DNA from: Takakia lepidozioides
Lineage: Eukaryota > Plantae > Bryophyta
Assembly (NCBI GenBank): GCA_030704615.1
Contig: CM060732.1
Location: forward strand, 58,838,001 to 58,902,000
Direction: 5' to 3'
DNA length: 64,000 bases
The notes beneath the pieces were generated by a model. The model saw nothing but the letters and a program-made list of their open reading frames with translations. It was not told the DNA's origin and made no database searches. The translations under genes were made by a program, and so were the position numbers. This document shows positions 13,201-24,568 of this stretch, in pieces; position 1 is the stretch's first letter, and each line of letters begins with the position of its first letter.

Positions 13201-16200
13201 GGATACAGTGCCCATTACCTGACAACCACCTGACTTAGGGATTTGTTTGCTAGACCTGTTTGGAGGCATGAGCACTAGGCTTGCAGGAGTGTTGCAAGGT
13301 GGGATTAAAGTACGCAAGTACTTGTATGTGGAGAAAGATGAGATAGCTCGGCGTATTTCTATGCGCCACATCGCCTTGCTCACACACCAGTACCCTGAGT
13401 TGTTGCCTCTCTCAGCCATTCAAGGGTATCAAAAGGCCTTGCCAGCAGACATTACCTTGCTAGGGGCAGATGATTTGGACCGGCATGGTGCCATTGACTT
13501 GGTGATAGCTGGATGGCCTTGCCAAGGACACTCTCCCGCAGGTCATGGGAACGGCTTGCATGATGCACGATCGCATTTGTTTTGGGAGATGTTGAGAGTG
13601 TTGCGTGACTTGCAGACGAGGCAAGTGCAACAGCCTATATCTTGGAGAATGTTCCTCTTATGGGGGACTCTCGGGCCAGGGTTATGGCCAGTGTGCATCA
13701 GGTGCGGTCTTGGATTGGATCGGCGGTGCTATTGGATGCAGCAGCGGTAGGATCACGAGCGCATCGACCTCGATTGTGGTGGACCAATCTTACACCACCA
13801 GAGCTGCTCAAGAGAGCATACGATTCCATTCAACAGCCACCAATATCACAGTTGAGTGTATTTTGGACCAAGGGAGGCAACCACAGAGGGTGCGACATGA
13901 TGACCGTCCACCTCTAGCAGTGGTAAATCGAGTGGGGCAACCACTTGCGGCCTTGCCTACGTTTATGAGCTTTCCCTTGTCTCATGCTTTTCGAGACAAT
14001 GGTCCTGGGTTGATTTGGGACAGTGTGCTACAACAATTGGTGGAGCCCAATGCAGATGAGCGAGAGCGGGCAATGGGATTTGCCACGGGCACTACAGCTG
14101 TGCCAGCTCTGTCAGAGGCATCACGTCGACATATGTTGGGTCAAGCAATGGATCTAAATTGCTTGACATGGGTCATTGGCTTGTGCATGGTTGTGCAACA
14201 GAGGTTGTAGATAGTGGTGGCTACTTCTGCACTCCCATTTCGTATTGTATCCCCTCTGCCAACCGGGACGGTTGAGGCAGTGAGTGGGGGCGAACACAGG
14301 ATCATGAGGTGCAAACACCCATGGCAGATGTGGGATGAGATGTGGAAAGAGAGAGTCATTGGATCTCTCAAGCAACAATATAAGGAGTGGGGAGAGCCAT
14401 ACACTGAGGATCAGTTGGAGGCCAAGGTGGCCAATGTTTTTGAAGAGGTTGAGAATTTTTCTTCCCCAAAGGATGTTCTCAAGGTGGTTATGGCAGAGCA
14501 AGTGGAGGCTACGCCACAGTCAGATTGGGCGGACAAGGCCCAAGAGGTTGCTATCTAGCAACCAAAGGATTCGTCTCCTACCTCCAAGCCTGATGTACCC
14601 AAGGTTGCAGTCACTGAGGACAATTGGAAACCAGATGTTGGACCTACAGTCACCGGAGGAGAGAGACGGAGGATCCAGCGATTTCTAAGGGCTTAGAGAA
14701 ATTGCTTTGCCTTCTGTTTGAAGGATTTGGGAAGTTTGAAGGGTCAGGAGATTCGTATTGATTTGGCAAGTGACACGCCAATCTTTCGAAGGTCCTACCG
14801 GTATAGTGACATGGAGAGGTCATTGATCCAGTCATGGACTATGGAGTTGTTCGAAGCTGGATTGGTGGAGTTGTCAGGCGGGGAGTATGCCTCTGCAATG
14901 ATGATGCAAGCTAAGAAGGATATCTATGGCAATTGGACAAAAAGAAGGATGTGTGGGGACTATCGTCCTGTGAACCATCAGACTAAGTCCGATAGATATG
15001 CCATGCGAACTCCAGAGGAAATCTTTGATGCCATTGGGCATGCGAAGGTGTTTAGTACGTTGGACTTGCGATCCGGTTACCACCAGTTGCCAATCAAAGA
15101 GGCTGACAAGCAAAAGACGACATTCTGGGGGATTGACCAACATGGGAAGGATTGCTTGTACCAATGGCGTTTCCTACCGTTTGGGTTGAAGAATGCTCCT
15201 GCAGAGTTTCAGAGGGTTATGGATAGGGTTCTCGCGGGGCTAGACTTTGCCCGGTGTTACATTGATGACATCATCGTCTTTAGTGCTACGGTTGAGGAGC
15301 ATGAGAGATACCTTCATGTGGTGTTTGAGCGCTTGAGAGCGCATGGGTTGAAATTGCACCCTGGGAAATGCAAGTTCTTGCACAACCAGATTGTTTATCT
15401 GGGCCACATGATATACCCTGGAGGATTGGGTGTTCAAAAGACGAAGGTGGAGGCCATTGCACGCATTCCACGCCCCATAGATGTTAGCAGAGTTCGTGCT
15501 TTCATGGGGTTGGCAAACTACTATCGACGGTTTGTCAAGGGATTTAGCAGCATTGCAAAGGCTCTTACTAAGTTGACTAAGGTAGGTCAGGAGTGGCAGT
15601 GGGAGGAGGAGCAGGAGGAAGCCTTTGAGGAACTCAAGGCTCGATTGACTTCTACACCTATTCTGAGGCGGCCTATTCGGGGGCGGCCTTTCCAGCTACA
15701 TATGGATTGGAGTATGCTGGGGATTGGAGTAGTGCTCACACATATGGATGATGAGGGAAGAGAGTTTGTAGTGGCATATGCTAGCCGCTCAAACAATGAT
15801 GCCGATGCGAAGTATAGTTCCTATGAAGGGAGTGTCTAGCTGCGGTATGGGCAATGGCACATTTCAGATGCTACCTCTATGACAATCTCTTCACCCTTGT
15901 CACGGATCACCAACCATTGAAGTGGTTGACGGAGTCAGACAAGCTTACAGGGAAGCTTGCACGGTGGGCACGTATGCTTCAAGAATACGACTTTCAGGTG
16001 GTGCATCGAGCCGATATTGTCAATCGGGATGCAGATGGATTGAGTCGTAATCCATGCACGAACGAGCATGATGATACTGGAGCTCGGTGGCATGGTGAGA
16101 CGGATGAGGAGATGGTGCCAGGATGGCATGCATCTGCCTTTTTGTGCATCCTAGCAATGGGAGCTCAAGCTGGTCCATCCCATAGCATTGGTCATGTAGA

Positions 16201-17565
16201 TGGTGTACATGACGATCCGGAGATCAGTGAGGAGCTTGGTGGTGCTAAAGATGTGCATGAAGATGCAGCAGTGTTGGCCTACCTTCGTACTAGAGAGACA
16301 GCAGTCAGTGTGACTGCTAAGGATAACGAGCCAAGAGGTTCAAGTGGGAGGGGACTCACCTATTCCGAGTATGGGAGGATGGACAAGCGAGGATTGTGCC
16401 TCATCCAACACAACGAGCGCGATTGGTACGCCATGCCCATGAGGAGTTGGGACATTTTGGGGTGCGGCGCACTCATAGTTTGCTGCAAGGACAGTACTGG
16501 TGGCGGGGCATGCACACGGATGTGCAACAGTTAGTGTCAAGGTGCATGGTGTGTGATAAAATGCGAGCTTCTTTCAATGCACCTACTCCACAATTGCATC
16601 CTTTACCCATTATGGGTTTGGGCTATCATTGGAGTCTGCACTTCGCAGGCCCATTGTCACTAACGATTCGCCATAACAAGTATGTGCTGGTGATGGTGGA
16701 ACATTTCTCCAAGTGGATTGAACTAGTGGCATTACCTGACAAGGCAAGTGAGGGGGCTGCGTATGCAATCTTAGATCGAGTGCTTAGCCAATTTGGTGCT
16801 CCAGCCGAGGTACTCACGGACCAGGGGAGAGAGTTCTTGGGGGAGTTTCAGGCTTTGTGTGAGCAAGCCTTGATAGATCACCGCACTACTTTTCGGGATC
16901 ATCCCGAGGCTGATGGCATGGCATAGAGGGTTGTACAAATAGTCAAGCGAGGCTTGCGCAAGTATGGCTTGCAGAAGGGACACTTAGGAGATTGGGACCT
17001 TCAGCTACCTTGGTTGACCATGGGCTACAGGTTTAGCAAACAAGCATCACTTGCCTCGTTCTCGCCTTATTTCCTTCTCTTTGGCCGAGAGCCAGATTTG
17101 CCTGCATCTATTCGCAAGGAGACTGCAGTAGTTCTCAACCTTGATGATCCGGATGTATGGACACAAGCATGTGCCCAGCGGGCAGAGTTGTTCAAGAGAG
17201 TCATGCCTATGGCTTTTGAGAACCTTGCTATTGCCCAATACCGAGACACATTGAGGTACGCCACTATACGTGGAGGGGGATATCGGCGAGATGTTCGACG
17301 TTTCCACCCTGGGGACTATGTGTATCTGCAGCAGACAGCGCCTACGACTTTGGATGTCATAGCAGGGCGTGTGATTCTAAGGGTCCGGGAGGTGTTACCT
17401 TCGTTGATTCTGGAGGGTCGACATGGAATGGTATGGAAGGACCATGTGTGCAATTGTGCGCCATGTCACCTTCCCCATGTGGATGGGAGGATAGATCCCA
17501 ACCTTGCAGTGGTACCTGTAGGGTTGCGTTGCATGCTATGTGGGCATGCTGGTGGTGCCGCGACC
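10270..17565 (+). mobile_element. Ty3/Gypsy LTR retrotransposon internal region: gag-PR-DNMT-RT-RNaseH-INT, decayed and 3'-truncated
   Basis: Zinc knuckles CWDCGGPHVKRDC and CGHCGKYGHEEAH; protease VLLDSGA (~12530); RT MCGDYRPVN, FSTLDLRSGYHQ, YIDDII; RNaseH VVAYASR, LVTDHQPL; integrase HAHEELGH..CMVC, LTDQGREF. Integrase after RT is the Gypsy order. LTRs could not be delimited. Confidence 0.95.
13240..14210 (+). pseudogene. DNMT3-like C5 cytosine DNA methyltransferase domain inside Gypsy pol
   Basis: Motif I LDLFGGMST, II YVEKD, III ADIT, IV DLVIAGWPCQGHS, V LFWEMLRVL, VI YILENV, VIII AHRPRLWWTNL, IX ERERAMGF, X RRHMLGQAM, in non-permuted order. Two frameshifts (~13630, ~13840). Confidence 0.9.
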
Positions 17566-17643
17566 GATTGTGGCATAGCTTTCTAGGATTGTGTGCTTAG
17601 AATGTATGGTGGACAGCGATGTATGTTGTGGCACGATGCTTAG

Positions 17644-20440
17644 GTGCACGACAGACACTTGGTTGCACAAAGCGACCTTCTGGAGCCAGGTGAGACTATA
17701 AAAACATTGTGACTGTTCCAACAATGAGTACATGGTTTCTTATGTTTATTAACTCAAAATGTGGCGGATGGTTGTGCAGCTGGAGAAGCGGGCAATAGAT
17801 ACTTTTGAGAAATCACTGCTGGACTACAAGATCACAATGACCACTCCGAGCATCAAGTTCCAGTCATATGTTCGGAAATGGAGAAGAGAGCTGTGGAAGT
17901 ATGCATTTTTCCGTGAGTTCAAGAAGGAAGGGGGAATACTGCGCTCGCAAGACTTTGACCATCAGTATAACGGGGAGCAGGCAATGAAACGAGTTATGTA
18001 CAAGTACTGCCTTTTATGTTGATGGCACTACATTAAGATGTCATTGACGACATCTTAAAACAGACATTGTCTGTAGTGCAAATAGCAATTTTTCGGTACT
18101 ACACAAAGAATTTGATGTATGAACTGGGTCGATTTAAGGTGGTGTTGACGACACCTTAAATCGGTGCCCTTTGGGCTCTTCAAAACTGTATAGTTGCACA
18201 CATCTGTTTCTTGTTCATCTGCAGGTCTTCATTGTTTTGTTGTGCTTCCTGCAATTCAAGATGTCGTAACAGGCATCCTTTTGTAGTCCAGAAAGTCATT
18301 TTTCGTCAGACAACAAAAAAATACCATGTGCGTAGGGGTTGATTTAAGATGGCGTTGACGACATCTTAAATGGCTGTTCTTTGGGCTCTCGGAAATAGTT
18401 CAGTTGAGCATGTCTGTTTTCTGTTGTTCTGTATCTCTTCAATTTCTCTTCAAGTTCCTGGATTTTATGATGTCGTCAACGACATCTTAAGGTGTAGTTT
18501 GCAAATATGCAATGAACAGGTGAGTTCTTGTGGTCTGTGGGGATATATGCTCTGAGTAAGAACACTGGTGTGGATGCAGGTACTTTCACTTCGTTCTTAT
18601 TCCAGATAAGGCTCTCAGTGATGATCCGGACTTTATTCGTGGATGGGCGAACCCAGACGACGACACCACTATGTTCACTGCGGGAATTGTGAAGGACTGG
18701 GGTCGGGCACATTACAGCGACTGCGGGTGGTACCTCGACTGCCCTCGGCAGTCCACTCCGTGGGAGGAGAACGTCTTGAGGAATCAGAATGAGAATGCAG
18801 ATGCCTTGGCACCCCGGACAGATGAGGAGTTGCAGGCTAGGTTCCTTGCACAGCTGAGTAAGAAGGAGCCAGCAAAGACGTCCACCCCCGCGGGTGGGAA
18901 GAAGAAAAACAAAGGGAAACAGACTGCGGAGGCAGGTGGGTCTGCCGGTGCTACGACTGCCGTTGATTCTGGGTCAGGGCCTGCAGGGACTGGTGGGGCA
19001 TTTCTTGATCGCCCACAGGCAGATCATCGCATTGTGCATACAGAGGTCCAGCAGATTTCCATGACAGCTGATGAAAGGACTAACCACAGGGCAGGGAAAC
19101 GACCTTACGAAGCCCGACTTTGTGTCTCCAGAGTAGTGGGGCCGCAGTTCCAGCGGAAAACAACAAACGTCAGCTTCCTGCATATGATGGAGTCCAAGAA
19201 GTCCACATTCACAGGGGTCAAATCTCCTGCATGGGACCACCTCTGTTCTTTCCTCACCCTGGTAATGCCCATGCATCTTTCAACTTTGATTCCCATTTCA
19301 TGACATTGTGGGGTTTTGGATTTGCTGGATTAAGATGTCGTCAACGACATCTTAATCCACCAGTGCTTTGTACTACCAGTTCCCTAAATGTATACCAACT
19401 ACCCAATTTCATTCGCTTGCATTTGCTTTTGGCAGGTGACAAAGAATCCATGCTGGGTGAACGGTGTCCAGCAGCCTTACGCCGCTAACCTTGTAATCCT
19501 TGACATCCCGGATGGGCAGCCTGTGCTTGATATCATTCCCCCTGCTGTGACTCCACAGTGGAATGCTCAAAACCCTCTGTATTGGCAGTGGGCATTCTCT
19601 TTCTGCAACAAGTTCCTCTCTGACGCAGGGGGCCTTCTGATATTTCAATCTGACGACATGGCATCCCGCCGGATTCTTCATAGCTACATGAAGTCCTCTG
19701 GGTTCCAAATCAACAAAATATGGACATGTGTTAATACACCGCCTCTGTCGAAGGGGGAGTTTCCAGGGCAGAAGGTATATCCTGTAACTTTCATTTGTCT
19801 TCGTCTGTGTTGTCGTTGAATACCCATAGTTGCTGACATATTTCCATTGTTGCTGGTGCAGACCCATGTGTTCAAGGCCATTTGCCTGTCACGAATTCGG
19901 CCTGCCAACACTCCTGCTTATGTTGGGCATTTCGACATTTGGGGAGGAGGTCTGCACATAAACCCAGATTGCGACCCAGTCGAATCTGATGTTGTTCACA
20001 ACTATGTGGATGCGTCCCAAACTCTGAAAAAGACTTGAGGAATTCCATGGAGAGGTGCCCGGGAGAAGTTGCCCGCGTTTATGCAGACCTTCATTGAGAC
20101 ATGCAGCCGGCATGGTGGCAAAGTGGTTGACCTCTCCATGGGCACAGGTGCATGCCGAAACTCTTCTTCATTCTTCGTTGCACATGTTCCTCTCCTGTTT
20201 TGGTTTCTGACATGGTTTCGTGCTTTCATTCGCTATCCTACAGGGGCTTCGTTCCATGCCTGCAAGTGTGCAAGAAGACATCTTTTTGGGTTTGAGGGGA
20301 ACGAGGAGCTTTACTCTCGAGTCATCGCTCCACTCTATGAGGGATCCTCGCATTCAACCCAGACTGAGAAGATTGTTGAGGAGGAAGATCTGCAAGAGCC
20401 GGATGCTCTGGATGTGGATTCGGATTTTTCATGTGACTAA
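17644..20440 (+). pseudogene. Spliced gene with C-terminal beta-class N6-adenine/N4-cytosine DNA methyltransferase-like domain; exons 17644-17689, 17780-18003, 18580-19261, 19436-19774, 19862-20147, 20244-20440; 5' end missing
   Basis: All five GT-AG introns join in frame. NLVILDIPDG (DPPY-like motif IV), KFLSDAGGLLIF, then EKLPAFMQTFIETCSRHGGKVVDLSMGTGASFHACKCARRHLFGFEGNEELY (motifs X, I, II). One in-frame TGA at 20036-20038. Confidence 0.72.
18033..19359. repeat. Six copies of a ~26-34-bp palindrome (TTAAGATGTCGTYRACGACATCTTAA) in introns
   Basis: Copies at 18033-18058, 18131-18162, ~18255-18280 (degenerate), 18342-18371, 18465-18490 and 19326-19359 (perfect 16-bp arms). The first five lie in a ~210-bp tandem duplication. 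Confidence 0.9.
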
Positions 20441-20532
20441 GTGCATGTTCTTTTGTGGCAACTCATAGACCCCATGACGGATCCTTTTGGTGCTCCTTTG
20501 TTTGGCTGTAGTTTGGCTTCCAGAGTATTTAC

Positions 20533-21325
20533 CAGTGTTGGGCGGTTCTTGCCTTTGTGAAGGAACCTTCGGTTCCGGTTCCACAAATTTTTGAAGAGAC
20601 GGTTCCGGATCCGGATCCGGTTATTTTTTATTAAGGCGGTTCCGGTCCGGTTCAGGTTCCGACTTTCTAACATGGGGGCGGTTCCGGTTACCGGTTAGTT
20701 GCTGGAAAAAAAACACCGGTTCCCGGTTAGGTTCCGGTTCTTTTTTTAAAATATATTAAATTCTTTTAATTTTTTATTCTTCTGGAAAATTAGATGAACT
20801 GATCTGATTGGTCATACTGAGAATTTTCAACTAAAACCAGGGAATTTATTAGTAAAACAGAAGTAAATAAACTTATATGTTTTTTGTGATTGTCTTTTAT
20901 GGTATATATAACTAGTTATATACGCATGGTCTCCATTAAAAACGGAAAACCAGAGATTTTATAAGTTGTCGTACGGTGTAGCAAAGAACAACTAAAACAA
21001 ACTAACTACATAAGGATCTTAATTCAAAATACAAAACAAATTAAACATGTGTAATTCTATGGTTACCTTTTATGGTGCAGCAAAAGCACAACTAAAAAAA
21101 ACTACATAAATTTGGACCGGAACCGGAACCGGAACCGCTTTGGAGCTGGAACCGCCGGTTCCCACACATGTGGTCGTAGCTGGAACCGCCGGTTCCGGTT
21201 CCCACACAATCCCCAATGAGCGGTTCCGGTTCCGGTTCCGGTTTTGCACAGGCGGGTCCGGTTCCACATAACCGGAACCGGAACCGGCGGTTACCCGGGC
21301 CCAGGCGGGTAACCGCCCAACACTG
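20533..21325. mobile_element. hAT-type MITE
   Basis: 15-bp TIR CAGTGTTGGGCGGTT, 8-bp TSD GTATTTAC (20525-20532 / 21326-21333), subterminal CCGGTT/AACCGG arrays, AT-rich core. Confidence 0.95.
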
Positions 21326-22084
21326 GTATTTACCAATTTTACTCATTATTGTGTGGTTGCAGGAGTCCTATGACGCCACGGTTTCTGCCCTTCTTTGCCA
21401 ACCCGGATTTTTTTCCAAGTCCTCCAGCACAATTTCATTTGCCAGCTTATGCGGAGGCTGCGGCTAAGGAGTATAGTCTGCTGGCATCTCCACCTTCTCT
21501 GCTACACGAAAGACATGGTTTTCAGCAGAGCAGGGCTAGGGTCTTTGTGGACAATTCTGCCTTCATCCTGAACAGTGCGTCCTGTAGCAGTGGATCTTCT
21601 TTGTCCGAATGAATCGATTCTTTTGAAGGGTTTGTTTAAAAACCAAGAGTTCACCTGTTTGCCTTCTTCATGATTGGATGTGATCCTCTCTATCAACGTT
21701 GTATAACTGGGAAAATGACATGTGGTCCTTCTCAATCAACAAAGCAATGTGGACTCAAAGTTTGCAATATACACTGCACCCGACATAATTGTTTTTCAAG
21801 CAAGACAAGTATGGTTTCATGCATCTCCGAGCTTTTGGGAGCTACCACTACAAACAACTATCTAATCTTTCATTTATGTCATTCATCCACCTCTCATTCG
21901 TTACACAGACATTCATCCGACATTCATCCCTCATTCATCCAAGCAACATCCATATCCGACCTTTTGATACTGGCCACTCTGCGCAGTAATAGGTCTTCTA
22001 AGTCGACTGGACGTCCGCGGTTATAGGTAGGCAGGTCCTCAAGCATGAGCAGATTTCTGCTCACGCAATTTTCTGCGCGCGGGA

Positions 22085-23360
22085 TCTGCTCACACAATAG
22101 CATCCCCCAGTCTTTTCTTGAATCAGATGATGGTGAATCTTAATATGCTTTGTGCGAGCATGAAAATATCTTATTTTACAGAGCAATATTATACCCTTGG
22201 TTGTCATCATATATGACCATTGTATCCCTTTGTGGTTGACCAACACTAGAGAGAAATGATGATAACCACAATGCTTGTCTTGTAGCTTAAGATGCAGCCA
22301 TATATTCTGCCTCATTGCTCGAGCTAACAGCACCATTTGCTAGCATAAAAATATAGTCAGATGTAGAATGACAGTCATCAACATATTTACCAACCCAATC
22401 TACATCACAATAGCTGTATACTCTGTGCTCTTAAGCTAACAACACACCATTTGCTAGCATAAAAAAATATAGCTAGATGTAGAATGACGGTCATCAACAT
22501 AACTACCAATCCAATCTGCATCACAATAGCCGTATAGCTTTGTGCTCTTGCAAGCACTATCGAGATACCATTTGAACCCACTTGATCTAACCGAACATTA
22601 TCATTGTGCTTTCTCAAGCACAAACCATAGTCATGTATGCCTCTCAGATAACGGAAAATCCGCTTTACTGCAACCCAATGGAGTTGCCCATAATTAGCCA
22701 CAAATTGACTCACAACCCCTACTGTCTGTGCAATATCCGACCAAGTATAGACCATTACATACATGAAACTTCCCACAACACTCTGATATGGAACATCTCT
22801 CATTGTCTCTAAGTCTATAGCACTCTAATTAAGATTCATCTCCTTTGAGAGTTTGCAATTTGAAACAAACATGGTATTTACCAGTGTTGTACTGGTATGT
22901 CCATTTTGACATACCAGGGACATACCATACTGGTCCTGGTATGCCTAATAGACCTCTAAGGCCAAGCTGGTAGGACCAGTGTAGATCCATAGTGGCATAG
23001 GTAGGGTACATGGCTGGCATGATACTAGGCATAAGTAAGTCAAATTTTTAATGGAGATACTAGCTCTATATGTGTAAGGGTATGGTATGTACATATTAGG
23101 AGTATATATTATATATATACAGATATGATATGTAGAGAGTGATTTCGTCTTTTTTTTGGGGTAAAATTTGCAAAGATATAGTGTTATTTTTACCAGTACA
23201 ACACTAGTATTTACCGGCATATTTTTAGCCAAACCAAAGCACTTTAAGATACCTTCAAGATACTTATGCTGATTCACGTAAATCATTCGGTCTTGTCGAA
23301 CACAAGATACCGATACCCCCCAAGCAGTACTAGATCTCTTTCAGATCCTCCTATCTCAAA
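22085..23360 (-). mobile_element. Ty1/Copia RT-RNaseH remnant
   Basis: IYVNQHKYLEGILKCFG, VPYQSVVGSFMY..HWVAVKRIFRYLRG and FHARTKHIKIHHHLIQEK. Interrupted by a MITE. Confidence 0.85.
22882..23206. mobile_element. hAT-type MITE inserted in the Copia remnant
   Basis: 16-bp TIR (C/T)AGTGTTGTACTGGTA, TSD GTATTTAC (22874-22881 / 23207-23214). Confidence 0.9.
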
Positions 23361-23640
23361 CTTATCGCTCTGTCTTTTTTCAACAAAGCCCAATCAAATA
23401 TGACTACAAAGATCTCTTTTAGATCCACTATCTCAAATGTCTTTGAGATATCACTCTGTCTTTTTCAACAAAGTTTGATCAACACATGATCACATGATCT
23501 CTTTCAGCTATCTCAAACTCCTTTGACTTTGTCTTTTTCAAAGAAGCCTGATCAACATATGATCACAATTATGATCTTTTTCAGATCCACTATCTAAAAC
23601 TCCTTTGAGATATCCCTGTGTGTGTATTTCAACATAACCA
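23330..23640. repeat. Degenerate tandem repeat (~70-80 bp, about 4 copies)
   Basis: Recurring GATCTCTTTCAGATCC..TATCTCAAAC..TGTCTTTTTCAACAAAG. Confidence 0.7.
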
Positions 23641-24568
23641 AACTTTGAACTAAAGCTTTGAACCAAAGCCAAAAAATTTCAAGCTTAGGTTCAAAGCTTG
23701 GCTATAGTGACATCAATCTACGCCTATTGTGGCTTTGAACCCACAACCACTTGTAAGGTGGCCTTGTGCCTAACCCAGGGCCCATTGACTAGTAAGCTCA
23801 TAGTCCTATGTCTATCCCGGAGCGATCACAAGCAAGAGTGCTCAATTTTCTATCCTAGAACGATCACAAGTAAGAGTGCTCAATTTCAGTTTTGATTTTG
23901 TATGGACCAGTACTGGTGCATATATCACAGGACGTTTGCCTAGTGTATCAAGATCAGATCTGGTCAACAGAATTCCTACATGAACCTTGGGGGGGTTGGC
24001 AAGTTCTCAACTGCAATCTGTCTGCACCCTGTGGTGAATAATTGTGTGATATACTATGTGGGCTAGTTACTAGAATAAATTGCTGCAAATCCCACCCCAT
24101 CAGGACTCAGGAGTGGCAAAGGAACTTGAGCTAGTGCTGGTAGAGCTAGTTCTAAAATGTCCTCTTTCGCTAGCAGCAAACCTTTGTGTTGTGCAATTCT
24201 TTTGTGTATGAGATAAGCATATGCTGCTCTTTACTCATATCTATTGTAAACAGCATGGGTGGGCAAGAGTCCATGACCCTGGCAAGCAAATGTTGAGTAG
24301 GTTAAGTAGTTATCATCTCTAATAATTGTAGTGTACACATCAACGCTTTGTTGCAGACTATGAACAATGGCCAAAGCTATGTTAGTGCCACCCTAGCAAT
24401 TTCAGCAAGGACTGTGTATCCGTCAATTCACTTGCTTACAGGGGAAACAATTCCCATATCTGATACAAGACTCAGAAGATGCAATCTGTCTGGTAAGAGA
24501 CTGGGGAAGGACAAAATACCCTTCTTCCATGACAAAACTGAAATCCTGAGCAAAATGTACAAATCAGC

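Noticed and set aside
18033-18490. CRISPR array
   Set aside because: Spacers are related to each other (tandem duplication), repeats are degenerate and intronic, and no cas genes are present.
13240-20440. Bacterial contamination or restriction-modification system
   Set aside because: One MTase is embedded in a Gypsy pol, the other has spliceosomal introns, and the flanks are plant genes.
17644-20440. DIRS-type methyltransferase as part of the retroelement
   Set aside because: The element has a DDE integrase and no tyrosine recombinase, and the gene has sense-strand introns.
21362-21612. Additional last exon of the MTase-like gene beyond the MITE
   Set aside because: There is a plausible acceptor and open frame, but no phase-compatible donor before the 20438 stop.
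23715-23800. Minus-strand tRNA/SINE-like head
   Set aside because: Only a B-box-like GGTTCAAAGCC and a weak A-box; too degraded to call.
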